From Squalus acanthias (Eukaryota): DNA of 64,000 nt. This document shows, piece after piece, positions 37,845 through 51,391 of the stretch. Position 1 is the stretch's first letter. The number at the start of each line of letters is the position of its first letter. A model generated the notes under the pieces. It made no database searches and had not been told where the DNA came from. It was given only the letters and a program-made list of their open reading frames with translations. Position numbers and translations under genes: made by a program. The DNA is taken from positions 119,786,001 to 119,850,000 of the forward strand of contig CM059431.1 in assembly GCA_030390025.1 (NCBI GenBank). Direction: 5' to 3'.

Positions 37845-39484
37845 TGTAGAATTCGCAAAATTATCGCGATTTTATAATAATGAGAAGGAGACATAAAGTT
37901 TCATATAAACAGCTTTATTTCAGCAAAATGCTGTCATGTTTCAAAAAAGGACACAAGCAGCCTGTAAAATGGCCGCCACGCCTCGTGGCAGAAGGTTCTA
38001 GACTTTCAGTAGGCAGACAAGATGGCGTTTCAATAAACATTTCAGCAAGATCGGACAGGACTCAGCACATTGGAGATAATGACAAGACGCGATGGGTTTG
38101 CATTTTAAACATAAATACTGGAATCGGTTTTCCAGGTACAAACAAGAGCTATTGTACTGGGCAATCAAGGACCCATCCAAAGACATTGACATGCAAATCC
38201 CCCACGGCTCTACGATGAGAGAGCTGTTCGCGAGTACTCACAGCAAGCATTTGGAAGCCCCCAAAACCCCTCCAGGGAGACTACTAGCCGGTTCCACAAT
38301 GGGAGAAATATTAACGGGTACTCAGACAGTTACAAGTATCACCGAAACCCATTAACGACAAGTACCACCCCATACAAGAAGTTTGAGCGCCAATACATGA
38401 CAAAGATGAACATTTAGATTGGGCGGGAGATAAGGAATTACAGTACTATAAACTGTAGTGTCCAAACGTCCATCTTTCTCTTATTTCTTTACCACCGACT
38501 GGAGCTCTGGACTCTCATTCTCTGATCCGCTAATTTTCCGGGAGTCAACCTCGTGGCTTGCCGCGAAGATCTGTGGAGAACTGGTCTGCGAAGGCCTGGA
38601 AGCGGGCGCACAATCCCGAGAAGTCGGTAAACGGTGTTGGAACCGAAGGCCCGAGAGGAGATGAGATGAGATGAGATGAGAAAAGAAGAAGACGACAACA
38701 TGTATCGCCACGGTCAGTAAGCCCCGACCGCGCCCGAAAATCGATTAACCACTTCTTTGAATTCTACCGACTTCTTCACAACTGGCCCAGGAAGACTCTT
38801 CTTCGAATTCTATCGAACCGGTGTAGGGCACAGGAAGACTCTTCTTCGAGTGGTTTCCGAACTCCGAGACCACCACAGATCTTCATGGCAGCAGACGGTC
38901 CAGCCTGCTAGCCGGAGCCGAAAGCGAGTAAACAAGTGGGGTACAGAGACCCCTGATCAACACGTGAATAGTCAGGTGCTGTGGCGAAAACATCCGAGCA
39001 GCGTTTTAGAATTCTCCGAATTGTCCCGATTGGTGAGCATGAGTCTCGATCCTACAGATCTATTTTAGGACAGGCATTGATAGGGGAGGTTTTGGTTTTA
39101 AGGATAATTATAATGTGTGTCCCCTTTTACGATGTGTCGTGCGCTCCTCGTTTCCCTAAAATTAGTTTCATAACTGTGTGTAAGATTGTACTGTCATTAA
39201 TCTGTGCTTATGACATGTATCTCGTAATCTTGAACAATATGCAATAAAGATTTTCCATTTCGTACTATTCAACCGGGTCTACCTGAGTTTTCTCTGCATT
39301 ATTGCTCACGCACCTAAGTCCAGTGTCAGAACCGTAAGGGCGAGTGGGTCGAACCACTCACAGGTGTCTAGTGTTACCAGGCTGGCTGGAGACCAGAACA
39401 GGCAACAAGGCCTAACCCCGCACTAGCACCCAGGCTACGCACAGAGCAGCCTTTGGCACCGAGCCGAGCACGGTATCCCTTACA
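37845..39484 (+). repeat. 3' LTR (1640 bp)
   Basis: Direct repeat of 30555-32193. Confidence 0.97.
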
Positions 39485-40860
39485 GGTGCTACCCCTCTAG
39501 TTTCAGCAGAGGTAGAGGCAGGCTGCTCACTTCCCTGCTGCAACTGCTTAGACACTCTTGGCGGTCGTCCTCTGGGTTTTGGAGCCTCTGATGGCCCCAC
39601 CAAAGTCTGCTCCTCCTGCGACTGTGCAGGGGCAGACTCGACCATCACGATCCGAGGAGACATCGGGGGCTCTGACTGAGGGGGTGGCAATGGGGGAAAA
39701 GTGCAAGCGCTTTGAGAGGTGCCCACACTTCCCTCTCCCATCTCACTGTCATCCCTCTCATCGGCCACCTGCACTTCGCTGCTAGAAAGGAGCTGGAGAG
39801 CACCTTGCTGCACATCAGTGGGGCCATGAGGACCCATGTCTATGTTGACATCCTTCCTAGACAGGAGGTCTATGAGGCTTTGCCATCTATTCTCCACAGA
39901 TAGCCATCTATTCTCCATAGAGACCATGTGCTTCTGTGAGTGGCGCATTAGCTGCTCCATGCCGCAAAACCTGTCAGAACCCCCTGCACTTCTTGCTGCA
40001 CCTCCAGGGTCGCCCTTTTTCTGGATGGCCGCTGAGGCTCAGCATCTGCATGCAGCTGAGCAGAGCTGGGAGCGTCCTGTGCCCTCCAGCGAGGAGTCTC
40101 CACTGCTGTCCCTGTCTCCACCATCTGCTCTTGCTCACTTATGACTTGTGACGGACCCAGTGACAACACTACTCTATCTTGCGTTGAACCCACTGAGGTA
40201 TGTGTATCTGCGCTGGTGCTGGGCGCGCTCATGTCTGGTGATGCTCACAGGCTGGAGGCTCCTCTGAGGAGTCGTCTTCTTCTTCCTCCGGGACAGTGCG
40301 GTGGGAGGGGGGAGGCTCTTGATGGACCTGTGGGAGAGTAAAGAGATGAGTTAGATATACCATATGAAGAATGGGTGCACATTATGACCATTCACTGGCT
40401 GCTGACATCAGTCCCCATATGAGTGACTGCTGTATGCCATGTAGCTCTATGATATGTAATTCTGTCACCAGGTTGCTGAGATGTCTCCCGCTCTCTGTCT
40501 CCCACCTCCAGCTGCTCGGCCACTCCCAAAACTTCCAATGCAGCCTCCTCTGCTGTTGTGAGGGTGGCAAATGATGGAGGCCCACCTCCAGTCCTCTCCC
40601 TCTCCCTCTTACTGTGCGTGCTCTTCTCCTGCAAGGAGTGAAAGAAGAGAAGTTTGAGTGAGATTGATGGAATGAGTGTAAGGAATGGATGGGTTGTAGC
40701 TTTAGAGGGAGACTATAATGGATTGGGGTGGCAATGCCAAGTGGCCTCCTTGTGTGGTGTTAGTTGGTATGATTGCATTAGGATGAGGGTGAGTGTGAGG
40801 GGTGGTTAGTCAGATGGAGATGTGATAATGTAGATAGAGAGAGAGGGATGGGTGGTCGTG

Positions 40861-41024
40861 CAAGGTATGTTGGTGTGAGTAAGGATGTGCAGGACTAGGG
40901 TTGGGAAGGCAGCGAGTCAAGGTATGTTGGTGTGAGTAAGGATGTGCAGGAGTAGGGTTGGGAAGGCAGCGATTCAAGGTATGTTGGTGTGAGTAAGGAT
41001 GTGCAGGAGTAGGGTTGGGAAGGC
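40861..41024. repeat. ~3 x 57-bp tandem repeat in the Myb-gene intron
   Basis: Unit CAAGGTATGTTGGTGTGAGTAAGGATGTGCAGGAGTAGGGTTGGGAAGGCAGCGA(G/T)T. Confidence 0.92.
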
Positions 41025-42054
41025 AGGATGTTGAGGATGTGATGAGAGGCACAGCAGGATGAACTTGAGTGTGGCTTTGGACTCACCTTTCCAGATCTAA
41101 TGATATCATTAAAATGTTTGCGGCACTGCACCCAGGTTCTCCTGAACACATCCTTGCTGTTGACCTCCTCTGCAATTTGGAGCCAGGCTCTTTTTGTCTC
41201 CTGGAGAGGTCTCTGCTGCCCACTGGAAGGGAAGAGTACCTCCCTGCGTGTTCTGACTCCCTCCACAAGCATATGGAGAGAGTCATCGGAGAACCTGGGT
41301 GCAGCCGTCTGCCTCTGTGCAGCCATCTCTCCAACTGTTTTGAGCAATGAAAACCTCCAGTGTGCTGCCTGCAAACTCCTAGATGAACCTTCAAATGCAA
41401 TGTGGCCATGGCTCCTTTGAATATATCGGCTGAAAACGCGTCATGGATGATATCATCAGACCCGCACCATTTAATTGGGCCAGGTAACTTAATAGACCCC
41501 ATTATCGCAAAGTCGATTTCTGCAGCAGGATGGAAGCAACAATGGGGTTGCGACCCGCCACGCCGACCGCCCGCACCCGACCCGCCCATGTACAGAAAAT
41601 TCCGGCCATTAACTCTGTTTCTCTCCACAGATGCTGCCTGAACTATGAGTGTTTCCAGCATTTTCTGTTTTTATACCATTGGTGTGCCGGGTGCTGACAG
41701 AGGGCCAGAGCGTGGTAACTCTTGACTTAGGAAGTCCTCGACCTCAGCTCCACCCCTAGGCTTCACTGGCCTTACTTCTGCCCCTTACACGGTTCAGCAA
41801 CAAATTCCAGTGTAGGCCAGGACCTGGCTTTTTCAAATCATGGCAACATTTCTGGCCTTCCCTTCTGGAGTTGCGGCAGCAGTGCACCAGAGCAGCAAAG
41901 CAATTTTGGGATAATTGTCTTCACGCTAAAAGAGTGTTTGGATTGCGTTAATGAATAAAGCTGTTCTAAGATCTGTACTGTTTGGAAAATTCCTAATGTG
42001 TTGACCGCCCCTTTAACTTATTTTTAAAAATCTGAAATACAATCGTGTCACAAT

Positions 42055-42834
42055 GGGGGGAGTATTAACCCCCCAGGATGGGCGAGAGAGCATTGGGGGA
42101 GGTTAAAAATTCCAGTTTTGGAAGTCCAAACCAGCCTGCCTCCAATGCGCCCACTTCCGGTTTTAATTGAGATGGGTTGTGGGGTGGGTGACTAACCTGC
42201 TCTCCAGAGGTGGGTCCGTCATTTAAATATTTTAATGAGGCTGTTTGCCTCAAATTTAATCACAGTTTTATTTTTAACGTTTGCGGGCCAGGCTTCCCAA
42301 TGCGCGGGGAAACCCGGCAGCTAAAGGGAGGTGAGAAAGCCGGATCCATCAGGTAAGTGCCTTTACAGCAATGCTTGTGTGCCAAGAGGAGCAGGAGTGC
42401 TTCCCCCCGTCCTCCTAAAATAATCTGCTTCCCTCGCTGCGATCCGCCTACCCATCCACCCCGATCTACTCACGGTTCACAATCTCCTCTCCGGCCCCCA
42501 CCCCACCGCCCCAACTCGATGTCCTCTACGGCAAACCCCATGATGTTCCCTCTGGCCCATCTGATGTCCTTTCAGGCCCCTCTGATGTCCCCCCAACTCA
42601 CAATCTCTACCTCCCTCCTCTCCACTCCCCAGCTGTGGCCTAGTGCCGCTGGCCTTCCCACCCGAAAAACCAGCCAGCGTCTTAATTTGGTTGGCTGGGA
42701 AATGGAGTCAAAAAAGTAAAATGAGGACCTGCCGTTTAATTCGTCAGGACCTCAGGGAAACCCACATTTCTGGGTTACGCATCCACTACACCTCCGCATC
42801 GCTCCCTCCCCGCCTCCCTGCAGATATCGGGACC
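42055..42834. mobile_element. Degenerate Harbinger-type non-autonomous element
   Basis: GC-rich block flanked by AAT on both sides. TIRs are poorly matched. Confidence 0.45.
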
Positions 42835-43648
42835 AATGTCTCCGTTTTACAGATTTCAATACAGGCAAAACTAACAAAGATAAATGGAAACTACAATGTC
42901 AAAATTCAGCTGGGGAAAGGATTAGTGTAATCATGAAATAGAAACTGTAAAATGTTGAGAGAATCTCGATTTTTTGAATTAGTTTTGCTTTATCTAATTG
43001 ACATAATCTGTACAGATTTTGACGCACATCATTATTTTATAATATAGTCACTGTCTGTGCAATTCTCCTATTATTTTATTACAAGTAAGCCAGGCCCTAA
43101 TCAGTTTGGTTGACACTAAAATAAACAGAGGAACAGATCTACCTTTAGGCAAAACAGACTCCGTCTTAGAGCACAAAATGAGTTTGGTAATCGTCTGTAG
43201 CTCGGCAACTTCAATTATTTAGAGAAATAATGAAGAAATATCACTGCTGGTTTGCAACAAGACAAATTATAATGAGATTTAGTTCAAAATGTCACATTGT
43301 TCTTGAGGGCAGTTGTGTGAGTTTGTCAGCCCAGATAGGGTCAGTTTGAGACTGAGTGATCGGGGTTGGCTGAGGAGAAAACTGGGAGCAGCATATGTGT
43401 ATGAATGTGTCAAAAGAAAGAGAAGGAACAGAAAGTAAAAGAAAAAGACATTCAGGAATAACTGATAGAAATAATATCCAGCCTTTTTTGTCCTCTAATG
43501 GTTCTCCAAACTGCTGCAAATAAAACTGAAGGATGTTAAAACCAATGTGGAAAAGGCAGAGTAAGAAAGCTCTAATAAGAAACCTTAAAAGGAAACAAAG
43601 ATGGTTATGCCTTGAACAAAATGAAAAAGACCAGAGGCTAAACATATT

Positions 43649-45151
43649 GGTCCAGAATTTACATGGCCTATGACGGCGTACGTTGTCGTAAGTGCTGTGA
43701 AGGGTGCCGCAAGTTCCAGATTTCCATATGCGATGCGTATGCGCGAAAACCCGGAACTTGTGATCTGTTTAGTTTCTCATTGACAGATCATACGGATCCG
43801 CTGTAAATTCACTTTCGCTGGTGCAGAGATGGGTTATTTGCCCAACTACTGCCCAGCGAATACCCACAAAACCCTTAAGTCTGGTACAAGCAGGCGTAAG
43901 GCCTTCTTTTACCAGCGTTAGGGTTAAAATAAATGTTAAAATAACATTTTTTAAATGATTTAAACATTCACTTACATTTAAAATTGGTTTAGGTTATTTT
44001 TGTCCCGTTTAAAAACGTTTAAATTTATTTTTCAAAAATTTACATTTTTATTTTACATGTTTAATTAAAGGTTATTTTAATTAATTTTGAATCTGTGCTC
44101 ATTTATTTTTATTTTAGTGTTGTGAAATTTAATTTATTATGTCATTCCTATTATGTTTATGGGAATTCCGTACGTAAATGGAATCTCCATAAGCATAATA
44201 GGAATCCCCCTTTGTCATTGGCTGGCCTGGCCCACGTGATCCCAGGGACGCTTGCAAACTGCGTACGGCTGCAGGCCCAGGACCGCAAGAGTCCGAAGCT
44301 CCGGAGACACACAAGGTAAGCACATTGGCCCAGAAATTTGGCCGAATACGGGAAAGTGCGCACTGTGTACTCACCCGTATTCAGTCCCGAAGTGCCGGTT
44401 TCCTGCATGCACTGCGCATGCGCGGGAAACCGGCACTTCCGATATTGCGAAGGGGGCGGTTCCTAAGTGAACCGCGTGCGCACTACAGGCTGTGCGCACG
44501 CAGCACACTTAGGTTTTTTTTCAGGTTTGAACGCGAGGGTAAGTGTTGAAGATTTTACACATGAAAAAAGGAGGCGTAAGACCCCCTTTTAACAAGGTAA
44601 GTAGTTAATTAAGTATTATTTTAATTTTTTTTCAACAGGTTTATCTTTTTTAGAGACTTTAAAGAAAGGTAAGTTTATTTTTATAACTTTTAAAAAGAAT
44701 TTAAATTTTTAAAATATTTAAATTTTTGTTTAAAGTGGTTAATTTATTTAACTATAGTTATTTTATTAATGTGATGTTTTTTTTTAATTTATTTGAGGTT
44801 TAGCTGTTCTTTTGGGGGCAAGTTGTATTCATAGCTTTGACAGCTCTTCCTGTCAAAACTATGAATGAAAGATGGTGTGCTGCCATTGGCTCTAACTGGC
44901 CCACGTGATCCCAGAGGTCGCATCGAACTAACTGCGCCTCTGGGACACGTACACACTAAGCGCCGGCACCAGGGAGAGGCCCTGGAGCAGAAGTTCGTGT
45001 GGGCCCGAACCATAAAGGCAGGCAAGGTAGGTAAGATCGCGCCGGATCCTTACCCCCGCGGCAACCATCGAAGTCTAATTTCTGGGCCATTGTTTTCTCG
45101 CGGTTCGGAGGCGTACGCGGGCAGCAAGCCTCCGACCGCAATTTCCAGGCC
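43649..45151. mobile_element. Harbinger-type MITE containing a nested MITE
   Basis: GGTCCAGAATT...ATTTCCAGGCC ends with ATT TSD. Related to 20998-21754 in reverse. Confidence 0.75.
44327..45088 (+). mobile_element. Harbinger-type MITE, family C (nested)
   Basis: TIR GGCCCAGAAATT...AATTTCTGGGCC with ATT TSD. Homologous to 9018-9803. Confidence 0.88.
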
Positions 45152-46906
45152 ATTAGGCTTAGCAAACTGAAAAGACGTAAATAGGTGAACTACGTGGTTA
45201 CATATTGAAGCTACAAGTCGCTCTACTGATGCTTGTGTCAGAAAGCTGAATAGCACTGGTTTAAAACATATATGGATTAAATATCCACAGTTCTTTTCCA
45301 GCGTTTCCGTGGCACTACTGCCGAAGTTAAGGTAGGTGATTGTGAGAACTCCCGCGGATATTTGCTCTCGTAATTTCTTTCCATCATCTCTTTTCACAGC
45401 TTGTAGCTAACAATAGACTGACATAATGGCGCCGATATTATTTGGGAGACACACTGGGAGCGAGGGGTTGGCGGTGGTGGCGGGGCTCTGATATCAGGCG
45501 GGAATCCCGGAGGTAACTTCAGCCTTTCTGTCAGTGTCTTTTTAACACAGCCACCTGATTCGCATTTTATTTCCTGGTTTCTCGTCTAATCAGCGGCACT
45601 GGGCATGATGTGGACCCGCATGACGCGATCTCAACTTCAATATTTAAAGGAACAATCCAAAGATGCAAGTTGAAGGAGTTGGAGTTGGCAGGACAAGAAG
45701 TGGAAATGTCACAGTGGAGTCCAGACACTCAACGGCTGCACCCGCTTCACTGGCGCCTCCCTGGGTGTGCTGCTGGGGGCTGTGAGGAGTAGGAGAGAGA
45801 TACTCTTCCCTAGCAATGGGAGGAAGAAGCCTGCAGCTGAAACAAAGAAGGCGTGGTTGCAGAGGAGGTCAGCAGCAGGAGTGTGGTGCCATGATCCTGG
45901 ATTCAATGCAGAAACCGGTTTAATGACCTAAGCAGGGCAGGAAAGGTGAATACAGTGCCACATTCACCTACATCCTGATGTGCATATCACCCCCACCCCC
46001 TCACTCTGCCTACTCCATCACATCACTCCTCACACCTTGCATGCCCATCCATCCTTCTCTTTTTATGCACTTGCTCACATCCCCATCTATCCATCCACCA
46101 CACCCATTCACCCTCATCCTTATGCAATTTCATGTCTCTCCCTCATAGACATCCCCACGAAATGCAGTGCATCCATCGGGTGACCACTTGCTGTTACACT
46201 CACTCATAGATCTGTTCTTTTCCCTCCTTGCAGGAGGAGAGAGCACAGAACACCAGGAAGAGGCAGAGAACCAGAAATGGTCCCCACAGATTTCCAAATT
46301 GCACAGGATGAGGCACTGAAGATCAGTGGCTGTTGGAAATGACGAGATGGGGAGATGGGTAACTCCCAGCTACTTAGTCACACAATTAAATAAAAGCCAT
46401 CCATATGTCATACAGCACTCGGTCATGTTGACTTGGTTTCAACAGCGAGTGAAATATGATCATCTTCATAATGATAACTTGCAACATATTTTTACTTTGC
46501 CAGGACTAATTCAATTTTTAAATTCTCCAACAGGGCCTTTACGTGAGCAGCAGAAGTTGGGGGAATTGGAGGTGGCCGCCAGTGGTAGCAATGAATTGCG
46601 GCTGGACCACGATGGCAAAAGGGGACATGGAAGTGGGGGCTCCACTCAACGTGCTTCCACTTCTTACCCAGAGCCCCCCTCTCAGTCTGCAACCCATATG
46701 CTGCCTCGTCTCCCGATGGCTAAGTCTGTCCCTGCACAGGTGCAGGTGGAGCGGTCTTTGGTGGAACACTCATGGGCTCTAAATCCCAGAGGACTTCGGC
46801 CAAGAGTATCTCAGCAGTCAGAGCAGGGATCTGAGCAGCCTGTCTCGACCTCTGCTGAAGCCACACAGGTTACACCACGTGAGAGTAGTAGGAGAAAGAA
46901 GAATAA

Positions 46907-47799
46907 GGGGGAAAAATTCAGTTGGTTGCGCCTCCCGTTAATGCCTTAAGAGGGCGCTAATGGGGCGCAAAGCATCTAGCGCCCAGGCGCGGCGAAGTTT
47001 GCGCCGCTCGTGAAATTAACTAGACATTTTGCGGCGGCGCTAAACACTACCGCCACGATCTCCTGCGCCGGCAGATCGTGATGTCAGTCGAGTGCGCAAC
47101 GCCCCGGTATCGCCCCGGAGCGGATATTGAGTGGCGCCCCCTGCCTTACCGCCTGACGCTAGCAACGACAGTTTGAGTGGAGCGTTCTGCAGTCATGAAG
47201 GGAAAGGGGGAGCGCTATTTAAAGGTGACCGCTTCCTGCCTTTTATTGTTGGTGCCATTTTTGAACTATGCATTCTGAGAGAGAGAGAGAGAGACTTCTG
47301 GAGAGTTTCAACGTTGTGTGAAGGAGTTTTGGGTACTGAGCAGCACTTTGCAGGTTCATTTTGATTTGCCATTCCTTGTATCGATTTAGAAGAGGCTGTG
47401 GGGGCTGCACTCTGAGCTCTTTGCCTGGTACTCTCCATTGTTCTTTCCAGCAGATTTGATGTGCAGGTCTCTCCAGGCCGAGATTCAAGGCTGCAATTAG
47501 CAGGATGTGGATGGAAAGTGAGATTAACCATCCCCTTTAAGAACTGGCCCGTGCCATTGTGTGTGTGTTCCATTGCTGACTGACATTACATGAGCTTCGC
47601 CAGCGCTCTGAGGTAGCGCCTCGCTCCTCGGCCTTTGCGCCTTAAGACAGGTGTGAAGCGCCTGATTTAGCGCTCCAATCACCTCCAGGGGCGATAAAAG
47701 TCAAGTTTGCAGTCGGTGGCGATAATTAGTGCCAGGCGCTAATCTTTGCGCCCGGCCGATAATTGCGCCCCAAATGGGGCGATACTGAATTTCTCCCCC
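46907..47799 (-). mobile_element. MITE family A, nested in the deleted Harbinger
   Basis: Reverse copy of 153-1040. TIR GGGGGAAAAATTCAGT...ACTGAATTTCTCCCCC with flanks TAA/TAT. Confidence 0.88.
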
Positions 47800-48493
47800 T
47801 ATGGCTTTGCAGTAGCACAAGGATATGCACATGGATGTCTTTGAAAATATTGTGTTGATAAGTTCCTGCTGTTTATTTAGCACATATAACTGTTATTCTT
47901 TTTCAGCACTTTTCCGTCTTGTCCATTCTTGGGTGTTGGGTGATAAGTGGTCTTTTAACTTGTTTGATGATAAATGGGAAGGCATGAATTGATGGGGACC
48001 AATGGGGGGATGTTCAAGGGGTGGTTGGTTGGTTGCAGGACTGCTTTGCATTGTGGCATGGTAGGGGGGTGGCGGGGCAGGGGGAAGAGTGTATGTTGCA
48101 TTTCCTGATGACAGAGATCTGTGACCAGCAGGATGCTGGTGCTGGTCATGTTGCTCCTCATCTGAGGTCCAATCTAAGGCAGCATAAGTGCCACCCATCC
48201 TGATGTGATAGAACAAACCGCCAAAGTGTAGAAAGTAAACTCTCAGCAAAAGTACTCTAAACAAACCCTTTCCCTCTAGTAGATAAGAAAGCAGCTGTGA
48301 GTACTGAATATTTATTGCCATATTTCCCTGAGATTGATTCAACCCCCTCAATTGATGCTGTACACTCACCTTGCTTTCACTGGCGAGTTACAGGAAGCCT
48401 GGGAAATCCATGGACCCAAAGCTAAAGTCAAAAATCTGTGTCAATATCACTCCAATTGGGCAATTAACATATGTTAATTGGCAACCCGCCTCT

Positions 48494-49110
48494 CATAAGA
48501 ACATAAGAAATAGGAGCAGGAGTAGACCATTTGGCCCTTCGAGCCTGCTCCGCCATTCAATAAGATCATGGCTGATCTTCTACCTCATCTCCACTTTCCT
48601 GCACTATCCCCATATCCCTTGATTCCCTTAATATTCAAAAATCTATCAATCTCTGTCTTGAATATACTCCAGGACTGAGCCTCCACAGCCCTCTCGGGTA
48701 GAGAATTCCAAAGATTCACCGCCCTCTGAGTGAAGAAATTTCTCCTCAGCTCAGTCCTAAATGGCCGACCCCTTATTCTGAGATTTTGACCCCTGGTTCT
48801 AGACTCCCCATCCAGGGGAAACATCCTCCCTGCATCTACCCTGTCAAGCCCTGTAAGAATTTTGTATGTTTCAATGAGATCACCTCTCATTCTTCTAAAC
48901 TCTAGAGAATATAGGCCCAGTCTACTCAATCTCTGCTGAAAAGACAATCCCTCCATCCCAGGAACCAGTCTGGTGAACCTTTGTTGCACTCCCTCTATGG
49001 CAAGTATATCCTTCCTTAGGTAAGGAGACCAAAACTGTACACAATACTCCAGGTGTGGTCTCACCAGAGCACTATATAATTGCAGTAAGACGTCTTTACT
49101 CTTATACTCC
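48494..49110 (-). mobile_element. 5'-truncated CR1 LINE
   Basis: ORF 48585-49130 (LVRPHLEYCVQFWSP...NFFTQRAVNLWNSLP) and short repeat tail. Confidence 0.93.
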
Positions 49111-50830
49111 CGAGGGGGTCGCGTGCACACAGCCTAACGCGCTAGAGTTAAACTCGGAAGTCGGTGGGTTGGAGCCGGCTTCCCGACGCGCTGTTAATTT
49201 TCCCGGTTTTGACCCCCCCACCCGCACCCAAACCCACGCGCTCCACCTCGCTAACATTCACCCCAGTATGAAAGATATGTTAGAGCTTATCTCATCCATC
49301 TGAGCTTGATTTCCGAGTTGTTTATTAAGATTTAATTTAATTATCTCCAAAATAATTTGAGGGACGATTACATTTGTATGTGATGTTGGCAAAATTATGA
49401 GCTCATTTTTTTTTTTAAATGATTACAATTTTGCTACATATAGCGCAAAGAGTAAATCTTCCTCCTTAGACGGAATAAATGAGAATGAGCTCCACAGGAC
49501 CAGAAGAAAGGAAATAGGAAACAAATGGGGCCTTAGAGAAGAGTTTAGTAAAGTTAGTAAGCCAAGGAGAGTTGAGATTGGAAACTAGAATGTGTGTGGT
49601 TGAGTAAGGTAATTATTCTCTTACGAGTCTTATGGGTTTTTTTTTCACCTAGACAGAAGAATCATCTTCTAAAGAACATGTCTAAAACTCTGCGGACTAA
49701 AATTTAATTGAAGAAGACCCACTCTCCTGATATTCAGTGGGAGGAGGGGATATTTGTGTTGACAAGTAATCACTGAGCCTTACATAGTTATGCATCTTCA
49801 ACTAAAAGCTAAACTCAATGCACGTAGGTTTAAAATCAAAGGTCTACTCTTGTAGGACAGTTACACGCTGTAACTAGTGTATTTAATAACAGTTAGTCAA
49901 TAAGCAAAGCACTATGGAGCAAGCTTTCTGGAGAGGATTAGTCTGGGGAGATATATTTTTTTAAGTTAATTCTGTGGAACATATAAGCAGGTATGTACTG
50001 CACAGTGAACATACCTCCCCTGATAGTCATCTTCCTTTTAATGAAGGCTGCTACATAATATATGAGAAGCCAAACTACTTTTGGCACAGATCCTTGGGGC
50101 ACAGATGAGAGATCACTACAGATCAAAAGTTGTTGGAGACCAAGAGTAAACCTGGAAAGACTTCAGAAATTAAGTTGGTTTTCATAGATTGGAAACAGCA
50201 ACATCAAAAACATAATAATGCACATCAGTGAGAGGTTTTCTCCTGCAACAATAAACTTAGCAAGAAGATAACTGTTGTCAAGACAAATTGATTTATAGGA
50301 AGAACAAAGCTTTTTGCCCTGGGCACATGTCGGTGCAAAATTTGAAATTAAATGCAAATCATATAGGATCAACAGTGTTGGTTTGATTTTCTGTTTAATT
50401 TTCCCTCTGGGGTACAAGGGATGCTGGCAGTGTAATACGTGGTCATGAATTACAACCAGTGTTCCTAAGTGAACCTGCTGATGGAGGTTTGTGGTGGAAC
50501 CCCGGTTTAAGGATGTTTATTTCTGAATGCAGCCATTGTTAGAATTTTATGAAACTTGTCGTTCTTATACAGTGGTATACAAAATGGTTCAAAATACAGT
50601 CGTAAAAGACAGTTCTGAATAATTCTTTAAAAATGTAAGCAGGAACATTAGAATAAAGGAAGATATCGACAAAGAAAAGAAGAGAGTAGAATATATGGCA
50701 TGTCAAAATTTGGATTGAAGAAAATCAACAGCTGTGAAATGAGAAAAACGTGGAACAAAAAGATATGTTAGGAACATGGACAACAATAAGATGCAAGATC
50801 ATGGAAGGAGGGAGAAAGAAAACATATATA

Positions 50831-51371
50831 GGTCCGGAATTTGCGGTCGGGATAATGGTGAACTGGCAGCGCCCGCTGTCATTCCGCCTTTGAAGCTGAC
50901 CGCACCTTCGGGATTTGCCGCATACGCAGGCAGAGGCAGAAATCCTGAAGTTGCGGTTTACCAGTTTTGTCTATGTTAATAAAAATAAAAATTTTAAAGA
51001 AACATTTCCAAAAAAAAGTTTCAAAATCTTTTGACATTTTTTTCAGTTTGTCCGTCTTTATTTCAGGTTTGCGTTTTCCCCATGTGAGAATCTCAATCTT
51101 TCTTTTGCTCTCTCTAACTATTTTAAAAAGATAGGATTTTAAGGGCTTACTCACTTCCTTGTTCGCTGTCTGTGAGAATTCTGCCTTTTGATTGGCAGCT
51201 TAGACAGCCGGTTGATGTCACAGCAGCTCGCACAAGGGGATCCCCATTAAGTTCTGTTGAATTGAATTGTAGGTCGGAAAACCCGAAGTTCTCGACACCG
51301 GTATTGCAAGATCCTTCTGCAGAGTGTACATCGGGGCCAGCAGCTTTGCTGCTGACCGGAAATTCCAGGCC
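50831..51371. mobile_element. Harbinger-type MITE
   Basis: TIR GGTCCGGAATTTGCGGTC...GACCGGAAATTCCAGGCC with ATA TSD. Confidence 0.8.
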
Positions 51372-51391
51372 ATAATAATGAAGTCTGGAAG

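Larger units (their letters stand above)
30555..39484 (+). mobile_element. Env-bearing, pol-less LTR retroelement (lokiretrovirus/Gypsy-like endogenous element)
   Basis: Paired TG...CA LTRs, 4-bp flanks AGTG/GGTG, PBS, PPT, and gag, ORF2 and env. No RT, RNase H or integrase motifs in any frame. Confidence 0.9.
30510..41326 (-). pseudogene. Harbinger Myb/SANT DNA-binding gene, 3 exons, last exon interrupted by the LTR element
   Basis: Exon 1 41326-41087 (APRFSDDSL...AWLQIAEEVN...RTWVQCRKHFND, donor GTGAGT). Exon 2 40628-40469 (RERERTGGGP). Exon 3 from 40327 to 39485, resuming below 30555. AG/GT junctions visible. Confidence 0.8.
28428..41607. mobile_element. Full-length PIF/Harbinger transposon (~4.25 kb without the nested LTR element)
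   Basis: 15-bp TIR GGCTGGAATTTTCTG...CAGAAAATTCCGGCC with flanks TTT/ATT. Convergent transposase and Myb/SANT genes. Confidence 0.9.
28298..41674. mobile_element. Penelope-derived fold-back remnant split by a Harbinger (arms 28298-28427 and 41608-41674)
   Basis: Arms match the pLTR ends of 17538-18230 and are inverted with respect to each other. ACCATT duplicated at 28292-28297 and 41675-41680. Confidence 0.75.
45429..49264. mobile_element. Internally deleted, degenerate Harbinger (Myb/SANT gene on +, transposase 5' remnant on -)
   Basis: 45707-45945 reads RSRREILFPSNGRKKPAAETKKAWLQ...WIQCRNRFNDLSRAGK|gt. The 46700-46900 segment resembles the exon-3 end at 39485-39650. MGGTYAALDWTSDEEQHDQ at ~48198 (-). 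Termini are approximate. Confidence 0.65.
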
